From: Octopus vulgaris
Taxonomy: Eukaryota
Reading direction: 5' to 3'
Assembly: GCA_951406725.2 (NCBI GenBank)
Contig: OX597824.1
Span: 2,542,001 to 2,606,000, forward strand
Length of the DNA stretch: 64,000 nt
This document shows, one piece after another, positions 40,329-52,795 of this stretch (its first letter is position 1; every line of letters starts with the position of its first letter). The position numbers and the translations under genes were made by a program. The notes beneath the pieces are model-generated. The model made no database searches. It was not told the origin of the DNA and saw nothing but the letters and a program-made list of their open reading frames with translations.

Positions 40329-40530
40329 TCACAATCACTGGAGCGCGAAACGCTCCTCACGAACGCACGTTCGTGAGACGGTTGTGATGTATGAACAGTT
40401 TTGAATAGGAGCCGGGAAAAGAAGTATGAACACGCAATGCGCATGCATACATTGATTTCATAAAACGGAAGAGAAGAATAAAAACACAATGCGCATGTCA
40501 AAGTAAAACGGAAGAAGAGAATAAAACAAG
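40329..40530. other. T-shaped double hairpin followed by a duplicated TGCGCATG..CGGAAG unit
   Basis: Outer stem 40329-40336/40380-40387, hairpins 40341-40355 and 40356-40377, and two copies of CAATGCGCATG..TAAAACGGAAGA..AATAAAA. Confidence 0.6.
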
Positions 40531-41230
40531 TTATATGATGGTCTATATGCTTCGTCTGATATCTTCATCACACAGCTTTCCTGCAATTTTCTTGTCTGCA
40601 TATTTTGTAATCGTGTAGAGGTTCCTTTATTCCGTTTCTAATTGGTCAGCTATAATGTGACGTCTAAACCATTGAGCAAGTATATTGGAATATGAAATGT
40701 TTGGAACCAACATCCAAAGCATGGACATACACATTATCATGGAAGGTTATTGTTGTTTTTATTGGTTAATCAGAGGAGGAGTAGATCAACTTTTACTTTA
40801 CAGACTTTCGACATTTAACCTGGTTGATAAAATCAACCAGAGAACCGCTTCGTATTCACACTAACTGCTAGAAATATCAACCAAGTCTCCAACAATCCTT
40901 ACCCTGATATGTTCGAGTGAAACTGAACTATCAGATAAGCTAGTTCTACTACAAGTAGTTCTAAAACCATGAAAGTGGTCATTTGTGGAACGCTTTTGAT
41001 AAGTTTATTTGGATGGGACTGGCATGTCGCTGAAAAGAAGCAACAAGAACAACTACAAACGCGACAGCAATGACAACAACAATAGTAACAACAAGATTTA
41101 TTGAGATTGGTATAGTTTAGTCGTTTGGCGTCCGAGACTCGGTGTTATATTGAAATTATGGAAGGTTTTGTGAGAAAGAAATGATACCACTCGGTATGAT
41201 TTTGAAATGTCACACACGTTATTATTGTTA

Positions 41231-41320
<90 letters not shown>

Positions 41321-41325
<5 letters not shown>

Positions 41326-41702
41326 TAGTTTTATTTTTATAGTGTGCTTTCACTTCACTACCGAGCGCAGCTCTGTGTGCCTTGGGTATGTGCTGTGATC
41401 TGTTGTGATGCTCTGATGGTTACTGTATGGAAAGTGTTCTGTGTAGGATGTGTGCAGTGCCTAGTAGTGCAATTTTCTGTATGTTATATGTGTTTGTAAG
41501 TCCTAGTATTTTTGTAATGTATTTGTCTGAATATTTTCTTATCATGCCTAATGCTCCTATTATGATAGGAATTGTTTCTGTTTTTAGATTCCACATTCTG
41601 GTTACCTCTATTTCCAGGTCTTTGTATTTTGAGAGTTTCTCCATTTCTTTTAGAGACACGTCGTCATCCGCTGGTATTGATACATCAATTAGAGACATTT
41701 TT
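41321..41702 (-). mobile_element. 5'-truncated Dong/R4 LINE (RLE domain C-terminus + 3' UTR) embedded in (TAA)n
   Basis: LIDVSIPADD...KLSKYKDL...PIIIGALG...ALLGTAHIL, nearly identical to 55345-55720, with (TTA)n on both sides. Confidence 0.92.
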
Positions 41703-41720
41703 TTTATTATTAGACATTTA

Positions 41721-41767
<47 letters not shown>

Positions 41768-42366
41768 TCATACACGTTATTATTGTTAATAACTGGACTT
41801 CTGACGATTAACTAGATAAATAAAAGTATAACTTATCAAATCTACAGTATATTCGCAAAGCAGTTCCAACAGCTACTCTATCTCCACATCCCTCCTACAT
41901 TTTCGTGTCACAATCTCGAAGTTTTTATTCGAAGAACTTTTTACTTATTAAAAACAAAAACAAATTAATATTTTTCGATGAGATTTCGATGCAGAAAATT
42001 AACATCCGGAATAAATAACATCAAGGTAACCTTTTGCCAACATTCTTACAATGCTGCCAGTTCTCAAATTAAAATGGATTTTACATTAATTTATGCATAA
42101 ATACAATAATACCTTCCACCTTACCTTATTTTGTGCTACCAGACATTTAATTCGAAACAAGAAAATTTTTTAGAAAATTATTCATATTTTTGTGAAAGTA
42201 ATTCATTTAAAGGAATTTAGTTCAGAATATAACATTTTGCTCTCAAACTGAAAAGGTATCAGACAGAATAATAACCAAAAGGACCAAGAGTAAATAATAT
42301 TCTTGAATTATTATTTGGAAAAAATTTTATAAGTTATTTCATACATTATGTTCTTGAACATATTTT

Positions 42367-42775
42367 AGCGGCGAGCTGACAAATTCGTTACCACGCCGGA
42401 CAAATAGTTTAGCGTTCTTTATTCCGGCTCATTGTGTTCTCGGTTCAAATACGGCAGAGATCAACTTTGCTGTTTATCCTTTCTGGGTCGACAAAATAAA
42501 GTACCTGTTATGCACAGTGACCGATGTAATCGAATACCTTTTCCCCTAAAATTGCCGGCTTTGTGCCAAAATTTGAAATCACGAAGGCGGCAAGCTGGCA
42601 GAATCGTTCGCACGCCGAGGAAAACTGCCTGGCGGTTTTTCGCCTTGCTATACGTTTTGAGATCGAACTCCGCTGAGGCCGGCTTTGCCTTTCATGTAGC
42701 TCTCAAGTACTGAGGTTCGTGTAATTAATTTACCTCTTCTTTCAAAATGTCTGGCCTTGTGCCTCAAGTAGAAAT
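42367..42775 (+). mobile_element. Two tandem diverged S4 SINEs
   Basis: Heads GCGGCGAGCTGAC (42368) and AAGGCGGCAAGCTGGCAGAA (42584). Confidence 0.75.
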
Positions 42776-42888
42776 AATTTAAAAACTCGATATTAATGAA
42801 AAAAAAATCATTGAATCAAACTTTAGTTGGCGACGACCCTTTCGTAAGCAAGAATAAGTGGAGCAAGAGCAAACATGAAGACGAAAAG

Positions 42889-43085
42889 TGTCGCTGGGGA
42901 GGTCACAGATGTGGGAAGAAAGGTTTACGGACAATGGACATGAGTTAGAATAAGAACAGAAATAATCGAGTGAAGAATGAATATACAGTGCGTGTGTTTA
43001 TTTGGCAAAACAAAAATGACCGTCCCGAAATACAATATCTGTTTCAACACACGACTTCACATCAGGAATCTTACAACACAAATTC
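42889..43085 (+). mobile_element. Decayed relative of the family A HHR module
   Basis: TGTCG-CTGGGGA-G-GTCACA gatg TGGGAA-GAAA-GGTT-TA-CGGACA upstream of a tail homologous to 1607-1712. Confidence 0.55.
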
Positions 43086-43280
43086 ATAAACGAAAAGAAA
43101 ATCTATTTTTGGAAGGAATCGTATTAATCTACCAAAGTTATTTTCTTGTAGTTCAATTCACCAGTGAACCCCGTAGAGTTGTTTCCAAGGGTGTCGCTAA
43201 TATATATTAATTGGCAGTATTCGTATTGGTATTAGTATTGGTCCTGCTATCAACTAGCAACTCTAATAACCTTACCATAG

Positions 43281-43495
43281 ACGCTACCACTTCCCACCAC
43301 CACCACCACCGTTCCAGCCATTTCTGTTTCCAATCACACACAGTCTTCTTCACACTCCACTTTGACTTAGCCTGATGCTATTGATCAATTCGAGATGAAC
43401 TTCTCTTCAAAGTATCACATAGCAGCTTATCGATTTCTGCTTTGATTGCACAGTTTCAGAATGATGGTGCTCAGGTAAATTAAATCACACGCACG
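43281..43495 (+). repeat. Dispersed direct duplicate, copy 2
   Basis: See 33306-33532. Confidence 0.95.
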
Positions 43496-43846
43496 GACAC
43501 GCACGCGCACTCACACACGCACACACGCGCGCGCACGCCCATACAATAGACACAACCAGATACAAATACACATGACCAATACATTCTTTCACACATCCAT
43601 ACATCCATACTTACATGAGGCATGCGTGATTACGTACAAGAATACACATATGTGATAAGTATGTGTGTGAGACTCTGAGATTCATACCTATCCATGCGAA
43701 TGGAGAGATTTACTTTAATATATTACGTAATACATACATACGTGTATATATATATTTATGTATGTATATATATATATATGTATATATATATATACATATG
43801 TATATATACATACATATATATATATATGTGTGTGTGTGTGTATGTG

Positions 43847-43990
<144 letters not shown>

Positions 43991-44164
43991 TCTGACAGGC
44001 TAAGACAGAGCAATAGATAAATGGATTGATAGATATAGGTAAATAAATGTATATGCATGTATACGTTTAGAAATAGAAATACATGTGTATATACAAACAG
44101 AAACACACACGTGGAAGCACACACAAACACACGCATACATACTTACATACTCATGTGTGTGTGT

Positions 44165-44217
<53 letters not shown>

Positions 44218-44218
<1 letters not shown>

Positions 44219-44606
44219 TTTTACTTGTCTCAGTCATTTGACAGCAGCCGTGCTCAGGGCACCGGCTTAAGCGGAGTTAGTCGAAAAAATTGCCCCGTGG
44301 ACTTAATATTTGTAAGCCTAGAACTTATACAATTCATTCTCTTTTACCAAACTGCTAATTTACGAGGACATAAACACACCAGCAGCGGTTGTCAAGCGAC
44401 GGTGTGGGGACAAACACAAACACACATACACGAATACTGGGCTGAGGAAAAAGTTCCTGCACCGTGAGTCATCATTGAACATGAACAGAAAGAACACACA
44501 CGCCACAAATGTGTGTGTGTGTGTGTATGTGTGTATAAAGCATTATTTTAACACGGTGCATGAACTTTTTCTTCAACCTTATACATGTATATATATATGT
44601 ATGCAT

Positions 44607-44646
<40 letters not shown>

Positions 44647-44795
44647 GATGGGCTTCTTCCAGTTTCCCTCTACCTAATCCACTCACAAGGCTTTGGTCGG
44701 CCCAAGGCTATAGTAGAAGACACTTGCCCAAGGTGTCACGCAGTGGGACCGAACCCAGAACCATGTGGTTGAGAGGCAAGCTTCTTACCACACAT
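44218..44795 (-). mobile_element. S3 SINE with an insertion in its microsatellite linker
   Basis: Head and body at 44645-44795, tail at 44218-44425. Confidence 0.85.
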
Positions 44796-44803
44796 CAAAG
44801 CTT

Positions 44804-44910
44804 TTAAACCCTCCTTCTTTCCTTCTTTCCTGAGCGTCCAATAACACTATACTTGTTCCACGTCCTCGCGTTGTTGTGTTTTTCTTTGTGTTTTCATTTT
44901 TGAATTAACT
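44804..44910 (+). mobile_element. 3' tail of the family B module without the ribozyme core
   Basis: TTAAACCCTCCTTCTTT..TCCTGAGCGTCCAATAACACTATACTTGTTCC matches 8080-8185. Confidence 0.85.
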
Positions 44911-44932
44911 TTATATATATATACACACACAT

Positions 44933-45044
<112 letters not shown>

Positions 45045-45073
45045 GGAGACAGAGAGAGAGGGAAGGAATGCTT

Positions 45074-45112
<39 letters not shown>

Positions 45113-45461
45113 TGCTGATATTGGGGCGAGTGATTAATTTAATGTACGTGTGTGTGTGTGTGTGCGGGAAAGAAAGAGAGGGAAAGAGAAGATGTTTGCA
45201 AGTGATCCCTGTTACGATTTGTTTTATGTATCTTTCCGATTTGCACCAATATATTTCCATGTTCCACGTGCTTTTTTGTAAGATCTCATTGATGCAATTA
45301 ATGTCGCCTCGGTCTGCGACGATTCCCTTTTTATGTAACGACAAATAACAAGAACTAAACTTCTTCAATTTAATTTAATGTCGTCGGATTTGATTTCGAT
45401 TTCATTCCTTTAGTTTATGTTTCAGCTTTCATCAAATATGTTGTACTTCTTCCAGCAATTG

Positions 45462-45660
45462 CACTACGGCCATGCTGGGGTACCCTATTGAAGATCTTTT
45501 GTCGAGGAAATCGACTTAACTACTTACATGTTTTAAAGCCAGGTACTTATTCTGTCGATATCTTTTGCTGGACAGCTAAGTTACCAGGACGTAAACATAC
45601 TAATGCTTGTTGCCAAGCGGTGGTGGGGGATACAAAGTCATATAGACACACACAAACACA
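45462..45660 (-). mobile_element. S3 SINE 3' half, diverged
   Basis: CGGCCATGCTGGGG..GGTACTTATTCT..GCTAAGTTAC..CAAGCGGTGGTGGGG. Confidence 0.7.
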
Positions 45661-45692
45661 CACTCACGAACGCACACATATACATGTATGTG

Positions 45693-45754
<62 letters not shown>

Positions 45755-46571
45755 CCGGAGTAAGCACATAAATGTGAAATAAGGTGGAAAAAAGAGTACT
45801 CAAATACCAGAGGTAGAGTAATATGCTTTATTTAAAAGCAGCAGAAATATAACAAAAGGCTATCATCGCCTCCCTCATTTCAATAAACATAGACGGGCAA
45901 CTTGCCTCTCTTGCAATGTAGATTATGGATATTGGACCTCGGGAGGACTCGTTCACATCTCGGCAACCGAGATATCGTGCCTGTCTGCGTGATATTATAA
46001 GCCTTTGTTTCCTTTCCTCAACCAAAAGGGTACATGATAAGTGAAGCATGAACAGTAGCAGTCGTAATTCTCCTTAAGAGATACATCTAGCGGATCAAAA
46101 GATCTATAGCTGGGTTGAAATCTATAGTTATCAAAGCATTTACAGTGGAGCGAGTATGAAGTCATTAAAGGATCTACAACGAAAAGAGATGACCGTCATC
46201 GTATTTGATGGCTAATTGTAAATATACACGTGTATGAGTCTGTATACGTAGGAATGTTTTCTGTACAGCTGACTATTTCAAGAAAGGAATGATTACAACT
46301 TTCAACAAATTTGTCTTGACAGTGAGAGCCGAGGCAAATCTCCTAACATAAATATCCTTCACGTCACGCTTAAACTAAATTCGAAATTATAGAAACCTTG
46401 AAGAAGCCGGGAAGCAGTCCATCATACAACCACACGCCATTTTACAATCCGATGAACGTCATCAGGCATGAACCCATAAGCATCAACAAGAAGATAAGAA
46501 GATTATTCTTATTGAAGCCACGTATAAGTGTACCACATCAACCTAAAGTACTTGCAGTATAGATATTATAT

Positions 46572-46798
46572 TTCTTTCTTTACTACCCACAAGGGGCTAA
46601 ACACAGAGAGGACAAAAGCGGACAGACAGACGGATTAAGTCGATTATATCGAACCCAGTGCGTAACTGGTACTTAATTTATCAACCCCGAAAGGATGAAA
46701 GGCAAAGTCGACCTCGGCGGAATATGAACTCTCAACGTAACGGCAGACGAAATACGGCTACGCATTTTGCCCGGCGTGCTAACGTTTCTGCCGGCTCG
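46572..46798 (-). mobile_element. S4 SINE with 11-bp TSD
   Basis: GATATTATATT at 46562-46572 and 46798-46808. Confidence 0.9.
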
Positions 46799-47819
46799 AT
46801 ATTATATTGCATAGCCCACCATATTGGTTTGTACCAAATATTTCCTAATCGACTATAAAATTTACCATTCGTTCAACATTAAGAAACATGATAAGTTACA
46901 TTGTGAAGCACAATTCAAAAATTTTATAAAGTAAAGAGTGAAAGCAGCTGACTGGCCCCACTCTTACATGGCCAAATGCCTCCACGAGGAAAGCTTTTGT
47001 CGTATTGTTGCAATATTTCGTGAAATGTTTTTAAATTGTTGATTTTAAAGAAATTAAATAGGATTTGCAATCACATTTACCACATCTGCACATTGGTCCG
47101 TTTCATATGATGACGGAGCTTGCGACTGTTTAAAATATACGTTGCGACAGAGGTTTCTGCATAAAAGTTGTGTGTCTATATATATATATATAGGTGAGCG
47201 CGCGCGAGTGTGGGTATGCATGTGCATACATATATGTGTGTGTGTGTGTGTGTGTGAATATATACATACAAATATATGTATATATATATTGAATATCATC
47301 AGAGTATAATCTTATAAGGTGCTTTCTTCTAAAGATTCTCTACAGTTTCCAGTTATCATATGCTGTCATACAGTAGGGATTCCCCTTTTACTGGATATTC
47401 ATGTTCCACATGAATCCGTTAGTGTGTGCAGAACTGATACAAAACCATTCTACTACAAAAAGATGGAATCAACAGACTTCAATCCAAATCACAACAATTG
47501 TTTCCGTGCATTAGCATCAGCTGCTAATTACTGAGTGTTTCACATATTACTATATAGATATTATTTAAATTTGATCCGGTAACATGTGAGCCTGCACGTC
47601 ATCAGATGAGTGGTTTAATGAGCACTGCTGGATCACCAATAGTTTCCCGTTGTTTCATACCCGTGTTCTGATTTTAGTATTCCCTTGACTAAGAGCAGCA
47701 CATAAGTTCAAAGAGACACAACAGATGCAAAATACCGAAGTCAATTAATAGAAATTAGGCTGTTTATCTACGTAAGAGGCGAGACATGCCTATGCTAAAG
47801 AATGGACTGAATAAGCGGT

Positions 47820-48040
47820 CTTTATTCTTTTACTTGTTTCAGTTATTTTGACTGCTGCCATGCTGGAGCACCGCCTTTAGTCGAGAAAATCGACCCCAGG
47901 ACTTATTCTTTGTAAGCCTGGTACTTACAAAGTACCAGGCTATCGGTCTTTTACCAAACCGCTAAGTTACGGGGACGTAAACACAACAGCAACGGTTGTC
48001 AAGTGATGTTGGAGGGACAAACACAGACACACAAACATTT

Positions 48041-48114
<74 letters not shown>

Positions 48115-48266
48115 GACGGGCTTCTTTCAGTTTCCGTCTACCCAATCCACTCACAAGGCTTTGGTCGGCCTGAGGCTATAGTAGAAGACACTTGCTCAAG
48201 GTGCCACGCTGTGGGACTGAACCCGGAACCATGTGGTTCGTAAGTAAGCTACTTACCACACAGCCA
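47820..48266 (-). mobile_element. S3 SINE, near full length
   Basis: Collinear with 12398-12809. Confidence 0.9.
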
Positions 48267-48648
48267 TTACTGGGTCTTGTTAATTTATAATTTATATATT
48301 TTTAATTCTTTTCATATTTTATACTTTTGTTGTTTTTTATTTTCCTAAATTTATTTTGGTATATTTTATCACTCTAAAAGAAATCCTCTTGGTACACAGT
48401 ATATATTAAATATCAATTGAAATAAAAGACAATTTTGTTACTTAAAACTGTAGTGAAAGTTTTTTAAACAGTTAGTATTAGTTTCTCCTAACTCCCAAAA
48501 TGCGCGCTATACACGAAAAATATTAGGTGAACAAAATAGCGGTTCAGATTTTCGCCAATTCTAATTACATTACGTCCGAACAAGCCTATGACACACAAAA
48601 TACTTTTAAGCGAAGGATGTATTGAACACTTTTATATATAGGTACCAT

Positions 48649-48882
48649 GAAGGCGGCGAGCTGGCAGAAACGTTAGCACGCCGGGTGAAATGCGTAGCCG
48701 TATTTCGTCTGCCGTTACGTTCTGGGTTCAAATTCCGCCGAGGTCGACTTTGCCTTTCATCCTTTCGGGGTCGATAAATTAAGTACCAGTTACGCACTGG
48801 GGTCGATGTAATCGACTTAATCCGTTTATCTGTCTTTGTTTGTCCCCTCTGTATTTAGCCCTTTGTGGGTAGTAAAGAAATA
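48649..48882 (+). mobile_element. S4 SINE, full length, 14-bp TSD
   Basis: TATATATAGGTACC at 48633-48646 and 48883-48896. Confidence 0.93.
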
Positions 48883-49920
48883 TATATATAGGTACCGCGA
48901 AGAAAACAGATGGCGCTTGTGTTTATGAATGTGAAAGTCTGAATATGAATGTTTTAACGAGGTTTTTCAGTACCTGTTACTCTAATAGTTATTGCTATGT
49001 TACGTGTTGCTCGATTTTTGAACAGCTCTCTTATTAAATTTAATTTCCTTTGCAAACAAAACAAATTAAAAAAACACCAACCTCCTCCACACATTCAAGA
49101 ATGAATAAATAAAACAAAATGAAAACATGTTAATACTGCAGTTATGATCAACAGCTAATACTACTCACCTCATATTGCATTTTTTTTGTCTTTTCTTTGA
49201 GAATTTTCCACATCAAATATTCACCGGATCATTATAGAATAAAAGAGCCTTCTCTTTCCCGTTTTTTCCAATGGAAATAGCTTTTTTTTTTTTTGTTTCT
49301 TCTTTTTTGCATTGTTTGTTCCAAATTAGCTTTTGTTTGTTGTTTGTTTTCAGTTTTCCTTTGCCGTGTTTGCCTTCTGTACCTAAACACCTTTTATGTA
49401 ATGATTCAGTTTTTAACATCAAGCACGACTTGGAAGCTAATGATAACATTTTTCCTGCTCACTCGTTATGTTTTGTTTCATTCCCATATTATTTCTGTGT
49501 TTATTCTTTTCTTCTTTAGCACAGGTTTATTTGTTGGTAAGGTTCTAACGCCCTTATAATGAGAATTCGACAGAATTTTAACGTTTGCTCAACAACTCCA
49601 TTTATGATGGTGTAAAAATGGTGTAAAAATGGTGTAAAAATGATTCTGCAGGTGCAGCCTTGAAGTCTTTCCCACATAACTGGTTTCTGAATGTTCATGG
49701 CAATTGGTTGGCGCAGTCGTAGCCGCTTGATCTAGAAGTTTACTCTGCATTCATATGCTTCTGACTTCGATCACACGAAAGGTAATCTTGTACAAGCTTC
49801 TCTTACCACAGCTTCTGATTCACCCGAGCTTTGATTGGGAAATTAGGTAAACGGAAAGCGTGTATAAGGTAGTCAGATAATTGCATTCGTGTTCCAAAGA
49901 GCCATGATCAGGAAACTATT

Positions 49921-49940
49921 GGATAGATAGATAGCTAGAC

Positions 49941-49995
<55 letters not shown>

Positions 49996-50026
49996 CAGAT
50001 AGATAGATAGATAATAGATAGATAGC

Positions 50027-50098
<72 letters not shown>
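49921..50098. repeat. (GATA)n microsatellite
   Basis: Directly visible. Confidence 0.98.
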
Positions 50099-50099
<1 letters not shown>

Positions 50100-50250
50100 T
50101 TATATACAAAGAGCCACAAATTGTATGCAGACTTCCACACGATAGTGCGTTGCCCGTTTTTGATATTAACGCTTACTTTTCTTCTGGCCTTGCACAATTT
50201 CAAATAAATACTGTATTTTTCTGTGAAGTAAGGAATCAACTTTTACCATG

Positions 50251-50305
<55 letters not shown>

Positions 50306-50735
50306 TTCATATACCTGTCCTTTTTCTACGATGTGAATATTGGTATTTTCCATAAGAAATCAATAGCTACTTTGCTGATGCTACTGTTTACATTTATTGA
50401 AAAATTTATATATATATATATAGTAACCACGAAGATGCATTTCCTATAGCAGCTTTTAAAATCATTTTCTATTTTCATGATAGAGTCTGTAAAAGTACTG
50501 TGGTGTCCAATATGTTAACTGCCTAGAAACATGTAGAACAGGATTCGACATGCATTCCTTGTTCCGTTGGCAAATTTTTATGAATTTTCAGCTGCACCTA
50601 TTTCTAAACTGCAGCATTTTGTTTTTATGTGTCCAGATATTGTTTTATTAATAATATGGCGATAACATTTACATACACACGTGCATAGATACACACACGC
50701 ACACATACACACTCAAACATAAACACACAGATGTG

Positions 50736-50787
<52 letters not shown>

Positions 50788-50831
50788 AGTATATACACAT
50801 ATACGCATGCACGCTCACATACTGATAATAC

Positions 50832-50867
<36 letters not shown>

Positions 50868-50871
<4 letters not shown>

Positions 50872-51640
50872 GGGTCATCCCATAAATAATGTGGGTTTTT
50901 TTATACTTCTTTATTTTTCAAAATTAAGATAAACAAAGTTCGTTTTTAATCTAAAGTATACTCTCCTTCATTTACTAAGAAGATACTCTTCCATCTTATC
51001 TGGTAGACTTGCAAGGCCTCTTCTTCCAAAATTCACCTGTTCGTGATGAAAAATGCTCGTCCACTACTTTTCTGACCTCGTCTAGACACAATTCATGTTT
51101 TTCCGTCCAAATGATTTTGAAGACTGCAGAATAAATGATAATCAGACGAGGCAATGTCTTGCAAACACGGGTGATGCGTTTCCCATTCAACCTGCTCCAG
51201 CCTTTGGAATGTCATCCTTGCTGTAAGTGGCTGAGCATTATCCTGGTGGAAGAACATCTTTCGTCGTGAAACCAAAGATGGTCGTTTTCTTCTAGCGCTG
51301 ACTTAAGACGCTTAAGCTGCTCGCAGTAGATCTCATTTGTTATGGTTTGGTTTGGGTTTAAAAGTTCGAAGTGGACTAAACCTTTCACATCCCAGCAAAC
51401 AGATAGCAACACATTATATGGGTGAGGACCTTCTTTAATCTGAGGTGCCGGTGTTTCATCTTTCCCTATCCACTATCCTCGGTGCTTGGCATTCTTATAC
51501 AGAACACATTTCTCGTCAGCCCACTCACTATTTGATCCCCAAAAGGTTCATTCGTGGGACGTAACAGCAACGAAGAAGAGGACACATTCGCTCTCTGAAC
51601 GCGATTAGACCCGATAAGTTTGCGAGGAACCCATTATCAG
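50868..51640 (-). mobile_element. Mariner transposon 3' part with terminal sequence
   Basis: WVP..L, DEKCVLY, MLLSVCWDVKGLVHFELL..TITNEIYCEQL, FHQDNAQP, HP..QDIASSDYHLFCSLQNHL. It ends at TA. Confidence 0.92.
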
Positions 51641-51709
51641 TGCATATGTCTGTATGTATGAATGTGTGTGTGTGTTTACATGTGGGTGTATAACTTTTCG
51701 ATTAAAGTA

Positions 51710-52222
51710 CCATTTATTTAAAAGATTAATAGAAAATGTTGAGGATGTAATTAGGCGCAAGCAGTGAAGGACCTTTACGATTTTAGGACCAGCGATGCAA
51801 CCACCGTATACTTTCGTGATAAATCTCTAAAATTTACCTACGGATTGAAGACCTATCACTATTCGAAACCGACCTCTTAAACACGACAAACCTCGGTATA
51901 TACGCTGACACCGTCGAAAACAAACTTAGCTTTGACATTAAGAATTTCAAGATATCTAAAAATACGATTTTTCCGATAAAACCAATAGCCTATCCAGAGT
52001 AGAAAATAGCAGATATACATAACATATATATAACATATACATATACATAACTACTTGACAAGATCGCGGACAATTATAGAAAGATTAGCGCACATACTTA
52101 TAGCGATATAAATAGTGAGACGAAGAGCATCGCCCAAACGTTTAAATTGCACAACAGGTTCGAATGTTTATTTAAGCGTGGACGGTACGTTATACTTAGA
52201 AACTTCAACGAAACTTTTCAAA
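51710..52222 (+). pseudogene. N-terminal fragment of a Penelope-like ORF (second PLE lineage)
   Basis: YLKRLIENVEDVIRR, LSLFETDLL, SDKTNSL, NYRK..INSETKSIA..L.NR..YVILRNFNETF resemble the pre-RT region of PLE ORFs. Confidence 0.65.
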
Positions 52223-52259
52223 TTTACTACAAAAGATAAAGCACTGTACAAGCAATTGA

Positions 52260-52795
52260 AGAAACTGAAAATAGGAGGATAAAGAAAAGAATGCATGGAC
52301 AATTCCATAGGGATGTTGAAGATAAGACAGACAGAGAAAAAAGATGGCTGTGGATGACTAAAAGAGATTTAAAATTGGAAACCGAGTCTCTAATCTGTGC
52401 TGTCCAAGAGCAAGCACTAAGAACAAACTACATGAAATAAAGAATAGACAGCACATCAGAAAGGGATAAGTGCAGAATCCGTTGACAAAACGGTGAAACC
52501 GTATGGTATATTACCAGCCAATGTACGCCACTATCCCAGAAGGAATTTAAGAGACGCCACGACAATATAGCCAGGCTTGTCCATTGGAGACTTTGCTATA
52601 AGTATGGACTTTACAGAGCAAAAAATTGGTACGACCACAAACCTGAAGGCATCGTCGAAAATGATAATGCGAAGATACTGTGGGTTTTTATGATTCAGTG
52701 CGACCATGAGATAGAGAATAGGAAACCAGACATAGTCTTAATTTTGAAAGAAAGCAAACTATGTTGGATCATAGATATAGCATGCCCAGCTGATG
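52260..52795 (+). pseudogene. R4/Dong-type LINE zinc-knuckle/RLE fragment (different subfamily)
   Basis: MHGQF, ETESLICAVQEQALRTN, CRI..ETV.YI.S.C, RRHDNIA, KILW, RKPDIV, IIDIACP. Confidence 0.9.

Noticed and set aside
40340-40387. Hammerhead reading of GAAA-CGC-UC plus hairpin
   Set aside because: There is no CUGANGA core at the required position on either strand.
45755-45865. Possible further PLE tail next to (TA)n
   Set aside because: It is single copy in the window and shows no ribozyme core.
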